The translations under genes and the position numbers were made by a program. A DNA stretch of 64,000 bases, taken from assembly GCA_018303655.1 (NCBI GenBank), contig JAGVXT010000007.1, positions 18,228 through 82,227 on the forward strand, written 5' to 3'. Below, piece after piece: positions 9,194 through 18,607 of this stretch (positions are counted from its first letter, which is position 1; each line of letters begins with the position of its first letter). The notes beneath the pieces were generated by a model. That model had not been told where the DNA came from, made no database searches, and saw only the letters and a program-made list of their open reading frames with translations. Source of the stretch: Candidatus Woesearchaeota archaeon (GTDB lineage: Archaea; Nanobdellota; Nanobdellia; Woesearchaeales; GW2011-AR4).

Positions 9194-10681
9194 TTATCCT
9201 TTTATATTTCCCACAGGCTTCAGCCCGACAACAGGCTTGCTTATCCCGGCTTGTGAAACAGCATCAATAACATCAGTTATATTTTTATATGCAAAACCGG
9301 CTTCTTCAGCCAATCCTGGCATTGAGGTTGCCTTCACATAAATTCCTCTTTTTTCCATGTCCTTTTGCAATTGCTCTCCCCTAACTTGCCTTTTTGCAGC
9401 AGCCCTTGACATTGTGCGTCCGCTTCCATGAGCAGTGCTTCCAAAAGTTTCGTCCATTGCTTTTTGAGTTCCAACAAGCAAAAATGAGCCTGTTTCCATT
9501 GAGCCTCCTATTATAACAGGCTGTCCTGTTTCCTTGAATATTTTTGCCAATTCAGGGTGATGGGGAGGAAACGCTCTTGTTGAGCCTTTTCTGTGAACAA
9601 CAAGCTTTTTCTTGTGCCCATCAATTGTATGCTCTTCGAGCTTTGCTATGTTGTGCGCAACATCATAGACCATGTGCATATCCAGTTTTTCAGCTTCTGT
9701 CTTGAAAACTTTTGAAAAGCCTTCCCTTATCCTGTGCAAAATAACCTGCCTGTTTGAAAATGCCATGTTGGCGGCGCATGCCATTGCCTTGTAATAATCC
9801 TGGCCTTCATTGCTCTGAAAAGGAGCGCAAGCTAATTCCCTGTCATAAACCTCAATATTATACTTTTTCATCATTCCTTCAAAAATTCTTAAGTAGTCAG
9901 TTCCAATCTGATGCCCAAATCCCCTTGAGCCACAGTGCACCATAACAACAACCTGTTCTGATGTGTGAATTCCAAATTTTTTTGCAAGCTCCTCATCAAA
10001 AATATTTTCAGCTTTCACAATTTGAATTTCCAAGTAATGGTTTCCAGAGCCTAAAGTTCCTAACTGTTTAATTCCCCTTTCAATTGCCTTTGAGCTTACT
10101 TTTTCAGGCTCTGCCCAGTCAATCCTGCCATGACCCTCTGTCCTTTCCAAATCCTCTTGCCACCCATAACCATTTTCAACGCACCATTTTGAGCCATCTG
10201 TCATTATCTCCTTGAATTGTGATTTGTTGGCATCAACAAAGCCTCTTGAGCCGACTCCTGAAGGAACTGTTTTGAACATTGTGTCAACAAGCTCTTTCAG
10301 TTTTGGCTGGACATCCTTGAATGTTAAATTAGTTGTAACTAATCTCATTCCGCAATTTATGTCGAAGCCGATTCCGCCTGGAGAGATTATTCCTGTTTCT
10401 GAATCAAATGCTGCAACTCCGCCAATGGGGAAACCGTCAAGGGCCGAATAAGAAGTTCTTACTCAGAATCCCCAGTGCCCATCTGGCATGCAGAAAGCAT
10501 ACTTTTGTATTCCAGGCAGGCATGCTACATTAGTTACCTGGTTGAATACACCTTCATCCATCTCTCTAAGAAGCTTTTCAGTGGCGTAAATTCTAGCTGG
10601 AACCAGCATTCCTTTCTTGTAGCTGGTTGGAATCTCCCACACATTTTTATCCACACGCTTCATAGGTGGTTGTTCTGCCAT
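9194..10681 (-). CDS. rtcB: RtcB RNA 3'-phosphate ligase, interrupted by a 30-nt BHB intron (exons 10468..10681 and 9194..10437; spliced product 485 aa)
   Basis: A single 496-codon frame with one in-frame TGA at 10463..10465. The flanks read MPDGHWG...GFPIGGVAAFD...GGIGFDINCGMRL, and the rest aligns end to end with my recollection of the archaeal RtcB sequence pattern. Confidence 0.85.
10438..10467 (-). other. Predicted bulge-helix-bulge intron in the rtcB mRNA
   Basis: Removal recreates GYGF. The central helix is GGGG/CCCU, the 3-nt bulges are AUU and UGA, and the inner hairpin is 9 bp with an AACUU loop. Confidence 0.7.
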
Positions 10682-10804
10682 ATTTCTTTACCTCCTTCTT
10701 GTTGTTTATTTAACTTTAATATTAATTTAATTTTCAATCCGTCGGTAAACCAAAGGTTTCCGATCATCATCGAAAATCTTTGATTTTCGAGATGCTCTGC
10801 AATA

Positions 10805-10885
10805 GTCGAATGCGAGAGCTCAACCTGCTCGCGAGAACGCGAGCTCGCGTTCAACTCTCTCGCTCGCTCAGCTCACTGTGCTCGC
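10805..10885 (+). repeat. GC-rich palindromic intergenic repeat, copy C (divergent)
   Basis: It starts GTCGAATGCGAG like copies A and B and has an internal palindrome GCGAGAACGCGAGCTCGCGTTC. Confidence 0.6.
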
Positions 10886-11403
10886 AAAAATTTTTCTGCC
10901 TGTAAATTTTTGCTCACCATACATTAAAAACGGGTTACTTCTCTCAAGCTTACTTTAAAAGGTCGTTTTAGTTTTTTTGAAGTTTTAAAAATTTAATGAA
11001 ATTTTAATTAAATTTCATCCTAATCTTGCGTAGAATTTGCATTCCACGCACGCTCTCTGCACGTGACCTGAACGAGTGAAACGAGTTCTCGCTGGCCATA
11101 TTGGTGCGAGCATGCGCTGGATTCGGGTAAGATCATGCTTTATTTAAAGGTTATGGTTATCATTTTAATAAAACTCTGCCTAACCTGTGGGTGATGTTTT
11201 TGCTTGTCTATTTTGGGTGATGGGGTGTTTCTACTTCAATTCTGCCTCCAAGATTAAATCTTTAGAGTGAAGCTGATTTAAAAGATTTTTGGCAGAGACA
11301 TTGCAAAATGTCCGCAGATAATGTGCTATTCAGAGATTGAGTTAAGGTAACGGTCTCTTTTAAACAGAAAGATTCATATATTAGAATAAAAAAGGAAACA
11401 CTG

Positions 11404-12060
11404 ATGGTGGAGATTAATAAACTCTTGCTGGGTATAAGCCAGCAAACAGCGCTTGATTATGTTATCAGCATCATAATAGCTATCCTTTTCATGCGCGGTA
11501 TTCATGATTTGTATCTTTTTGCATATAAACATCGTTTGGCAAAAGTAAAAAATCTGGAAATTTTTGTTGACTCTTGGTTTTCCTATAAGCCAAACTGGGT
11601 GTGGGTTTATGTTAGTCTTTATCCTGTCATAATCATATCTGCTTATACCACAAAAAGCATTAATCAGTTCACTTACTCGCTTTTCAGCTATTTCATACTC
11701 GCGTTGATTTTAATGATATTTTACATCCTGTTTCCTGTTAAGGTTCCTGAGAAATGGCATAAGGTTCTTCATCGCGGCAATAGCTTTCCGGAAAAAATGA
11801 TGATAAGTGTAAGGAAATTTGACGCGCCTGGAAATTGCTTCCCAAGCATGCATGTAAGCGCGGCAACGCTTACTGTACTTCATCTTATGGCTAACCTGCC
11901 GCAGCTTGGTATTATTCCATTGATATATCTTCTGCTTATCTCAATGAGCGTGCTTTACACAAAGCAGCATTACATTGCAGATATTATCCCTGGATATGTA
12001 GTTGGCTGGATATCATATAAAATATTCGAAAGCCTTTATGGCCTTTATGTAATCGTCTAA
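11404..12060 (+). CDS. PAP2 superfamily membrane phosphatase/transferase-like protein
   Basis: PSMHVS and YTKQHYIADI motifs in a multi-TM protein. Confidence 0.6.
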   Translation: MVEINKLLLGISQQTALDYVISIIIAILFMRGIHDLYLFAYKHRLAKVKNLEIFVDSWFSYKPNWVWVYVSLYPVIIISAYTTKSINQFTYSLFSYFILALILMIFYILFPVKVPEKWHKVLHRGNSFPEKMMISVRKFDAPGNCFPSMHVSAATLTVLHLMANLPQLGIIPLIYLLLISMSVLYTKQHYIADIIPGYVVGWISYKIFESLYGLYVIV

Positions 12061-12902
12061 GCGCCACTATTTTTGGCATGTTTGGAAATGGCCCGTTCCA
12101 CAATTTCTTTAGGCCATTTGTTTTTAATTAAATGCTCTCTTAGCGTAACTGTGGAAATGCCTTTCTTTACAGCTTTGTTAATATATTCTTCAAGTATGTT
12201 CAACGATTCACTCTTTCTGGTTCCTTTGGTGTTATAGGTCCTTGCTATAGTTCCATCCTTTAGAAGGAAAATCTTTGTTGCATATTTTAGGTATTTGGGA
12301 TTATGAGTGACCAGGAATATGGTAATCTTTAGCTCTTGATTAAGATACTTGAAGAGATTAATCACATTATCTGAATTCCTGCTGTCGAGATTTGCAGTTG
12401 GCTCATCTGCAAAAATCATCTTGGGATTGTTAATCAAGGCTCTTGCAATTGAGACTCTCTGCCTTTCGCCGCCGGAAAGCTCGGCTGGCAAATGATTTGC
12501 TCTTTTTTCAAGGCCGATATATCTTATTATTTCTTTTGCCCTTTTGATTATTTCTTTTTTGGAAGTGTCAGTCATCAGTGCAGGCAGCATCACATTTTCT
12601 AAAACTGTAAGTTCAGGAAGAATATTGTACTCCTGGAACACGAAACCCATTTTTCCAAGGCGAATTTTGCTCTTCAATGACTCATCTAGCTTTGATGTAT
12701 TTTTTCCGTCAATGATGACGTTCCCGAAAGTAGGCTTATCAAGAAGCCCCAGCAGATGTATCAGCGTGGATTTCCCAGAACCGCTGTCTCCAAAGATAAT
12801 TACAAATTCCCCTTCTTCGATTCTAAGGTTAATGTTCTTGGCTGCGCATACATCTACATTTCCTATTCGATAGAGTTTAGAAAGATTCTGCACAACAATC
12901 AT
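12057..12902 (-). CDS. ABC transporter ATP-binding protein (MacB/LolD-like) with an extra C-terminal helical module of about 45 aa
   Basis: Walker A GDSGSGKST, signature LSGGERQR and Walker B IFADEPT. Confidence 0.9.
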   Translation of the reverse strand: MIVVQNLSKLYRIGNVDVCAAKNINLRIEEGEFVIIFGDSGSGKSTLIHLLGLLDKPTFGNVIIDGKNTSKLDESLKSKIRLGKMGFVFQEYNILPELTVLENVMLPALMTDTSKKEIIKRAKEIIRYIGLEKRANHLPAELSGGERQRVSIARALINNPKMIFADEPTANLDSRNSDNVINLFKYLNQELKITIFLVTHNPKYLKYATKIFLLKDGTIARTYNTKGTRKSESLNILEEYINKAVKKGISTVTLREHLIKNKWPKEIVERAISKHAKNSGA

Positions 12903-14125
12903 TTTTCTCCCCTGAATATTGAATATATAATATTTTTCTTTGTTATGGAAGATGAAGGTATAAATGTCGATACAATGCAGGCCGCAATAATGCTGAGCCC
13001 TGCTACGATAAAGCTTGCTGTCGTAAAAGTTGGCCTTACAAGACCCATCGGAAGGTCAATCGGATGGAAATCAAAATAGTTGGAAACAATCATTGTGATG
13101 ATTATTCCAAAGATAATCCCGACCAAACAGTAAAATAGCGCCAGCAAAAGGTATGAGGTGATTATTGCTCTCCTGCTTACTCCTATAGCTCTTAGCACCC
13201 CGATGAATTTCATCCGGTTAAAGATGTTAATGTACATGCTTATGAAGATAGTAACTGATGCTATCAGGATGCCTGCAAAAAACATGAGCACCTGGATAAT
13301 ATTTAAGCTGTCTGATATTTGCTGCACAAAGCTGGCCTTCTCTCTCCATGTATAAACTCTCACGTCCATGCTAAGTTTTTGTATTTCCCTCTTGTGATAA
13401 TCAACCAAAGATCTGTCATTGACCTTAACAAGCATATAAGAAACCTGATTGTCAAGATTCAATAAAGAAGATACATCATTTAGGTTGGCAAGGACAAAAA
13501 AGTCACTTTCCCAAAATTTAGTTTCAAAAATTCCTTTGACAGTATACTCCTTCTTGTGAATCCTGTCAAATTCTATCTCAATTTTATCGCCGGCATGGAT
13601 GCCAATTCCAAATCCTCGGCTCAGTGTTTTTGAGCCTCCTTCCTCATTTGCAATCTCCACCCCTATCATGACTTCATCGTTCTCATAGCGCCCGATTGAC
13701 TGGCCTTCTGTAACGGTTGATTCAATGGATGAAACCTTGTATTCCTTTTCAGGGTTTATGGCAATAATCCTGGTGCCGGATATCTTGTCTTTCTTTTTGA
13801 TTGATACAGGCTGGTCGTAACGCGGAGATACTGCTACAATTCCAGGAATTGACATTAGTGAGTTTTCCACTTGGTCTGCATTATTGATGAGCCGTTTTCC
13901 TTCCCTTGGTTCTATAAGGATATCTCCGGTGGTGTAGCTGATTACCTGAGAGTTAAGAGTCTCTGTCAGGCCCTTGTTGACGGCGCTAAAGAAAACAATG
14001 TTGACAAAGCTAAATGACAGCACAAGAATCAGGAAAAATAACTGCTTATAGTTGCGTTCGAAATACCGGACAGACAGGAAAAACGATGTTCTGAACTCAT
14101 TCTTTATTTTCATGATCTGCCGCAT
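12899..14125 (-). CDS. ABC transporter permease (FtsX/MacB-type)
   Basis: N-terminal TM, a large extracytoplasmic domain and a C-terminal FtsX-like 3-TM bundle. It overlaps the ATPase gene. Confidence 0.8.
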   Translation of the reverse strand: MRQIMKIKNEFRTSFFLSVRYFERNYKQLFFLILVLSFSFVNIVFFSAVNKGLTETLNSQVISYTTGDILIEPREGKRLINNADQVENSLMSIPGIVAVSPRYDQPVSIKKKDKISGTRIIAINPEKEYKVSSIESTVTEGQSIGRYENDEVMIGVEIANEEGGSKTLSRGFGIGIHAGDKIEIEFDRIHKKEYTVKGIFETKFWESDFFVLANLNDVSSLLNLDNQVSYMLVKVNDRSLVDYHKREIQKLSMDVRVYTWREKASFVQQISDSLNIIQVLMFFAGILIASVTIFISMYINIFNRMKFIGVLRAIGVSRRAIITSYLLLALFYCLVGIIFGIIITMIVSNYFDFHPIDLPMGLVRPTFTTASFIVAGLSIIAACIVSTFIPSSSITKKNIIYSIFRGEK

Positions 14126-15263
14126 TTCTTTTTCTTCTCAGATAGATAAGTGCAAACAGCCCTGTCAGCAGTGCCGCCGACACCAAGTATGTTAAAGTTG
14201 ATGAAAGTGCCAATCCGCTCAATCTGTCAAATTCAATCGTCTCGTTAAAGGAATTATAGCCCAGATCGTCACTGTAAGTCACAACAAGGAGGATTGATTC
14301 GTGCGATTTTATACCGGATTCGAGTGTGAATATAAGCGGCAGATCCTCGTTAGGGCTGAGCTTTCCGACAAAATTTTTTTTAAATCCCCGGTAAGGCGTC
14401 TTTAGCTCGGCAATTACATCTTTTGCATCGCCTAGCCCTACATTTTCCAATCTTAAGTTTATATCAAATTCTTTTCCTTTGCCAGAAAGTTTCACATTCC
14501 TCACATTAAGCTTTGCCTTATTTATAACTTTTATCCCGATGCTTTGGCTTGCATTATATTGTTTTCTTTCATTGTCATGGTAAGTTATCTTAAGCGGAAG
14601 AAGGTAGCTGCCCGGCTCGGCATTATCGTCTGTGACAAAAGTCATGTTCATAAGTTTGGATTCCTTTGAGTCAAGCTTGTCAGCATACAAAAGATTATCC
14701 CCCAATAAAATAAAGCTGGTTGATTCCTGCACAATTTTGATACTATTCGCTATGCCTGTGCCAAAATTAGTGAACTTAAGGGTTAAATTAAATTTCTCTC
14801 CTGGCTCAATCTCTTTTTTCGAGGACGTTGTATCAAATACAATATCCGGGAATCCCTTGACTTCAATCATAAGCTCTTTTCTTGTAACTATATTACCCTC
14901 CTTTAATTCGAATATCAGCGGATATGTATAAGACCTTGCATCCGGAGATATATAGATGTAAAAAGTGCCTTTTTTGGAATCGCCTGCTTTTAAGTTAAAA
15001 GGCTCCCTTATATTCTCGCTTTTCCTGATTAGCGAAAACGGGGATGATTCAACAAAGTCCACTTCCAAATTGTCTTTGTCAATTAATGCATTTGTGGCAT
15101 TAGCCTTGTTGATGATGTTGACCTCCACAATCAGGTTTTTCCCAGGTTCCGGGTTACTAGTCCGGGAAGAAATATCAATTTCGATTGCGTAAATATCCGG
15201 CAGCAGCGCGCAAAAAGCCATAAATAAAGTAAATATTCCCGCCAAAAACCTGCAAAACTTCAT
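14097..15263 (-). CDS. Secreted CARDB/COG1361-like repeat protein with a C-terminal TM anchor
   Basis: Signal peptide MKFCRFLAGIFTLFMAFCALL, repeated NxGxGxAxxV-type motifs (FTNFGTGIANSI, LENVGLGDAKDV) and a C-terminal TM plus RRKR. Confidence 0.6.
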   Translation of the reverse strand: MKFCRFLAGIFTLFMAFCALLPDIYAIEIDISSRTSNPEPGKNLIVEVNIINKANATNALIDKDNLEVDFVESSPFSLIRKSENIREPFNLKAGDSKKGTFYIYISPDARSYTYPLIFELKEGNIVTRKELMIEVKGFPDIVFDTTSSKKEIEPGEKFNLTLKFTNFGTGIANSIKIVQESTSFILLGDNLLYADKLDSKESKLMNMTFVTDDNAEPGSYLLPLKITYHDNERKQYNASQSIGIKVINKAKLNVRNVKLSGKGKEFDINLRLENVGLGDAKDVIAELKTPYRGFKKNFVGKLSPNEDLPLIFTLESGIKSHESILLVVTYSDDLGYNSFNETIEFDRLSGLALSSTLTYLVSAALLTGLFALIYLRRKRNAADHENKE

Positions 15264-15551
15264 TTTAACCTCTTTTTGCATAAAAATCACCATATTGGAA
15301 TATAAATGTTGCGAAAAATTGCTTTCCAGGTTGCTACTTGCGGCCTTGCCGAAACCCTCAGCGTTGTAAAAATTGTATGTTGTGTAAAATATACTTTTTC
15401 TGCCCTCTAGCTTAAAAATGCGCCATTCAGACGACACTCAAAATTATTAGAGAGCATCCAATCAATTATCTTTAAAACTTATCGTCAGAGGGTTTTTGTA
15501 GAGCCCTACTTGCAATAAATTTAAATATTCATCAAATAAATCCGCTTTAAA

Positions 15552-15965
15552 ATGCAAGTAAAAGACCTAAAGCCAAAGCAGGGCAATGTTGACATAACAA
15601 TTGATATAGTCGATGTTGGCGAAGCAAGGGAATTCCAGAAATTTGGAAAGCCTGGAAGAGTTGCAAATGCGATCGCAAAAGACGAAACAGGAGACATAAA
15701 GCTTACATTGTGGAACGATGACATTGAAAGAGTCAAAGCAGGCGACAAAGTGCATTTGACAAATGGATATGTCAATGAATGGCAGGGGGAAATGCAATTA
15801 ACAACAGGCAGAATGGGAAAGCTGGAGATTGTTGGAAAATCTGATGCTGATTCAAGCAAAGAACCTGATTCTAAAATAAGAACAAACATCCCAATGGAAG
15901 AAAGTGGTGAAGAGCTTAATGTTGAGGAAGAGGACATTGAAGATTCTGATGATGAAGAGATTTAA
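15552..15965 (+). CDS. Single OB-fold ssDNA-binding protein (SSB/RPA-like) with an acidic tail
   Basis: The OB-fold pattern GDIKLTLWND...GDKV.L.NGYV..W.GE.QL, and a C-terminal EEEDIEDSDDEE tail. Confidence 0.65.
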   Translation: MQVKDLKPKQGNVDITIDIVDVGEAREFQKFGKPGRVANAIAKDETGDIKLTLWNDDIERVKAGDKVHLTNGYVNEWQGEMQLTTGRMGKLEIVGKSDADSSKEPDSKIRTNIPMEESGEELNVEEEDIEDSDDEEI

Positions 15966-15976
15966 ATCGAAAGTCT

Positions 15977-15984
15977 TTTAAATT
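15977..15984 (+). promoter_or_regulatory. TATA box for tRNA-Phe
   Basis: TTTTAAAT lies 27-34 nt upstream of tRNA position 1. Confidence 0.45.
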
Positions 15985-16010
15985 TACTATTAGTTTCCTG
16001 AATTCTTTTT

Positions 16011-16149
16011 GGGGCGGTAGCTCAGCCTGGGTAAATTCAGGCTTGCCTGTGTTCAGGATAGAGCACACGGCTGAAGGCGGTATTTTGAGCTGCAAAGCAA
16101 TGAAATGTCTGATACCGTGGTGTCATGGATTCAAATTCCATCCGCCCCA
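16011..16149 (+). tRNA. tRNA-Phe(GAA) with two introns: D-loop 20/21 (16032..16059) and anticodon loop 37/38 (16077..16113)
   Basis: Acceptor GGGGCGG/CCGCCCC, T arm ATGGA-TTCAAAT-TCCAT and anticodon loop CU-GAA-G...A. Removing the D-loop insert gives the standard GCUC-AGCCUGGGA-GAGC, and CCUG/CAGG forms a perfect 4-bp BHB helix. The gene is followed by a T-run. Confidence 0.85.
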
Positions 16150-16174
16150 CTTTTTTGTTTTTGGCAAGAAACAA

Positions 16175-16218
16175 GCGGTTTACTTCTATTAATCTATAAA
16201 TCCAGAAGTCGCTCTCGT
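16175..16218 (+). repeat. Bipartite intergenic repeat (GCGGTTTACTT-N23/24-AAGTCGCTCT), copy 1
   Basis: It matches 21048..21092 in the same orientation. A degenerate third copy lies near 10925. Confidence 0.6.
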
Positions 16219-16284
16219 ATTGTTTAAATTAATTTTGATTGTATTGTCATTAATTTAATTAAGTTTCAAAATTAAGAATCATTT

Positions 16285-18471
16285 CTAACCGCTAAGCGTA
16301 GCAGTCAAAATTCTTCCGGCAACGATGTTGAACATCAGCATCACAGCACCTGATATGAAAACATAAAGAATCGTGCTCCTTATCAAATTGTTTCCCAATT
16401 GGTATCTTTCACTCAGCTTATCGCTGCCGTTTTCAACGCCATTTGCAATAACTGTCAATATAAAAGTGATTTGCACAACATAAATCCCAACTACAAGCTG
16501 GAAATAATATGTTGGAATGCCGTCTCCAAACAATCCAAGGACTCCGACCGGGGCTGCTGCGTCTGTCCCGCCGACAGAAGATGTCACCTGCTGCAATTGC
16601 CCGCTTAATTTGCCCAAAATAGCAGTTATCATTGAGGTGATTCCTATAACAACTCCTGCAATTGCCGGAGTTAAAAATTTGATCTGCGAGCGCATCGAAG
16701 CGATAATGTCAGCCATCAGGTCCTTCAGCCTTTCATTGACCTTGTGGATTTCCTTGATATAGCGGGAAACATTTGTCAGTGCCTGCGCAGCAATCAAAGG
16801 CCCTTTTTTTATTGCCTGTGTCAATACCTTCATAGAGCTTTCAATGAGGTTGCTTGGAAATGAGACAAGAGCGCCTTGCACAGGATCAAATATCGCTTTT
16901 TCAATGCTCATTCCAAGCCTTCTTAAATTGAAATTAACTAATTTGAAGAAACTTCCTGACACGGTGCCTTCCATAGCATCAGCCACTTTGCCAACCGCGA
17001 TTTCAACAGGCAGATTATCTCCAAGCCTGTTTCCAAGCTGGAACAACGCATTTGCAAACTCAAGCTCAAGCTGCTTTGCCTTTTCCCTTATCTTGATTAT
17101 ATTTTTGGATTTTAGCCTGTAATACAACCCAATTGCAACTCCAAAGCTTAAAGGAATGAACAAACTTGCAACAGCAGCCCCTAATCCATAAGGGCCAATC
17201 TCCTGGTTTGTTGTGGCGCTTGTCCTGTACTCCAGAAAGCAGTATCTCCGGCCACAAGGAGTTGTCAAGTCTTCATTTCCAAATCCAAAATCTGCAACGC
17301 CGATTGCATGGAATATCAAAGGGCTCAATCCAATCAGGAACAAAACAACTCCGATAAAAACGCTGAAAATCACAGGCGTGATTTGAAATTCCTGCTTTCC
17401 AATTTTTATTAAAACATTCCTGTATTTCTTAAGCTCCGGATTTTCCTCCGATATGTCAGTATCGCCATAGCCTGTCGGCCTTCTTGAAAGGATGTTCTTT
17501 CCAAGGTAATATACAACAACTGTGAGTATGACATTGTAAATGACCGCAAGATGATACCACCTTACATTCTCCATAAAGCTCACAACCAATGGCAAAATTA
17601 CAAGCCCAAGGATTGGAAGGATGATGCCGAGCATGTGCAGCATTGTAATCGGGTTTTGCAGGTTGTGTGCATAATGCAGCATTTTTTCATAGGTTTCATC
17701 AAGTATGACATCAAGAGATTTGTCAAGCGCATTCAATCTTCTTGTTTCATCCCCCTCGTACAAAGAACTCTCAATCAAATGAAATGCCTCAATAAACTCA
17801 ATGTTCCATTTCTTCCATGTGTCAAGGTACATGTCAAGCGATTCCTTGACAGTTGAGAATTTTTCAGTTTCAACATCCCAAAGTATTTTTTTCAAGTCAA
17901 GCGATAATGGAGGAGCAAGATGCTGCGATGCAAACTCGATAGCCTTTTCCAAATTGGAAGTGTGCCTCATATAGGTTACAACATAAAAAATGCACAGCAC
18001 CATCTGGTTGCTTGCCTTTAATCTCCAGTTGTTGGCAATGAACTCAGGAGCCTTTCCAAGAGGGATGATGATTGAAGCAGTTCCAATAAGAAACAGCAAA
18101 ACAAAAAATGTTGACTGGAAAACCAAAAATGCAAGCAAAGAGCCGAGCACGGCTGCCACAATCGGCATAAAAAAAGAGAATGAAACAGCGCCTGCTGGTG
18201 TGATTTCAAGATGCGTTATGTCAATTGCTTCCTGCAGGATTGCCGCTTTTTTTGCGTCTGGCTTTATTTTCAATAATTTTTCGCTGAAATTGCACAATTT
18301 CTCGTACAAAGTCATGTGCCTTGGCAAAAACTCAGCCTTGAACTCCTGGTACTCTATTGTTGTTGGCTTTGAAGGCTGCTCTTCTAACTTGGCGCCCAGC
18401 TCTTTCTCTAGATGCCTCTTGTAAATTTCAGTCAAGGACTGCAGTTTTTGCTTGTCTATCTCCTTAGGCAT
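16285..18471 (-). CDS. FlaJ/TadC/PilC-like polytopic membrane platform protein of an archaeal type IV pilus/archaellum-type system
   Basis: 728 aa with many TM segments and two GspF-like cytoplasmic domains, immediately downstream of the FlaI-like ATPase. Confidence 0.65.
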   Translation of the reverse strand: MPKEIDKQKLQSLTEIYKRHLEKELGAKLEEQPSKPTTIEYQEFKAEFLPRHMTLYEKLCNFSEKLLKIKPDAKKAAILQEAIDITHLEITPAGAVSFSFFMPIVAAVLGSLLAFLVFQSTFFVLLFLIGTASIIIPLGKAPEFIANNWRLKASNQMVLCIFYVVTYMRHTSNLEKAIEFASQHLAPPLSLDLKKILWDVETEKFSTVKESLDMYLDTWKKWNIEFIEAFHLIESSLYEGDETRRLNALDKSLDVILDETYEKMLHYAHNLQNPITMLHMLGIILPILGLVILPLVVSFMENVRWYHLAVIYNVILTVVVYYLGKNILSRRPTGYGDTDISEENPELKKYRNVLIKIGKQEFQITPVIFSVFIGVVLFLIGLSPLIFHAIGVADFGFGNEDLTTPCGRRYCFLEYRTSATTNQEIGPYGLGAAVASLFIPLSFGVAIGLYYRLKSKNIIKIREKAKQLELEFANALFQLGNRLGDNLPVEIAVGKVADAMEGTVSGSFFKLVNFNLRRLGMSIEKAIFDPVQGALVSFPSNLIESSMKVLTQAIKKGPLIAAQALTNVSRYIKEIHKVNERLKDLMADIIASMRSQIKFLTPAIAGVVIGITSMITAILGKLSGQLQQVTSSVGGTDAAAPVGVLGLFGDGIPTYYFQLVVGIYVVQITFILTVIANGVENGSDKLSERYQLGNNLIRSTILYVFISGAVMLMFNIVAGRILTATLSG

Positions 18472-18607
18472 GCTTTACAAAAAAATCCTCTCACATCTTT
18501 TTTTGATTTAATTTTAGTAATTGACTTGATTTTTCAATACGTGCTTCGCACAAACTTTTGAAATGTTTTTGTCTTTTATTGAAATTGTTTTATTGTAAAT
18601 CTTTATT

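Noticed and set aside
10463-10465. The in-frame TGA in rtcB as selenocysteine, stop-codon reassignment or programmed readthrough
   Set aside because: TGA terminates several well-defined genes in this window (the MNT gene, gatC, gatA, tcmP and the LAGLIDADG ORF). The codon is not at a Cys/Sec position, and readthrough would leave a 10-aa insertion inside the metal-binding motif. The BHB intron model restores the exact consensus.
9194-10681. rtcB as a pseudogene or a naturally split two-subunit gene
   Set aside because: Both parts stay in one frame with no other lesions, and archease is retained in the same operon. All three tRNA genes in the window need the ligase. The split would separate metal-ligand residues. 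This still cannot be excluded without transcript data.
10682-11403. The 720-bp non-coding gap as a possible RNase P, SRP or other structured RNA gene
   Set aside because: The sequence decomposes into copies of the intergenic repeat families and simple palindromes (for example ATGAAATTTTAATTAAATTTCAT). I could not identify any conserved ncRNA core motifs by eye.
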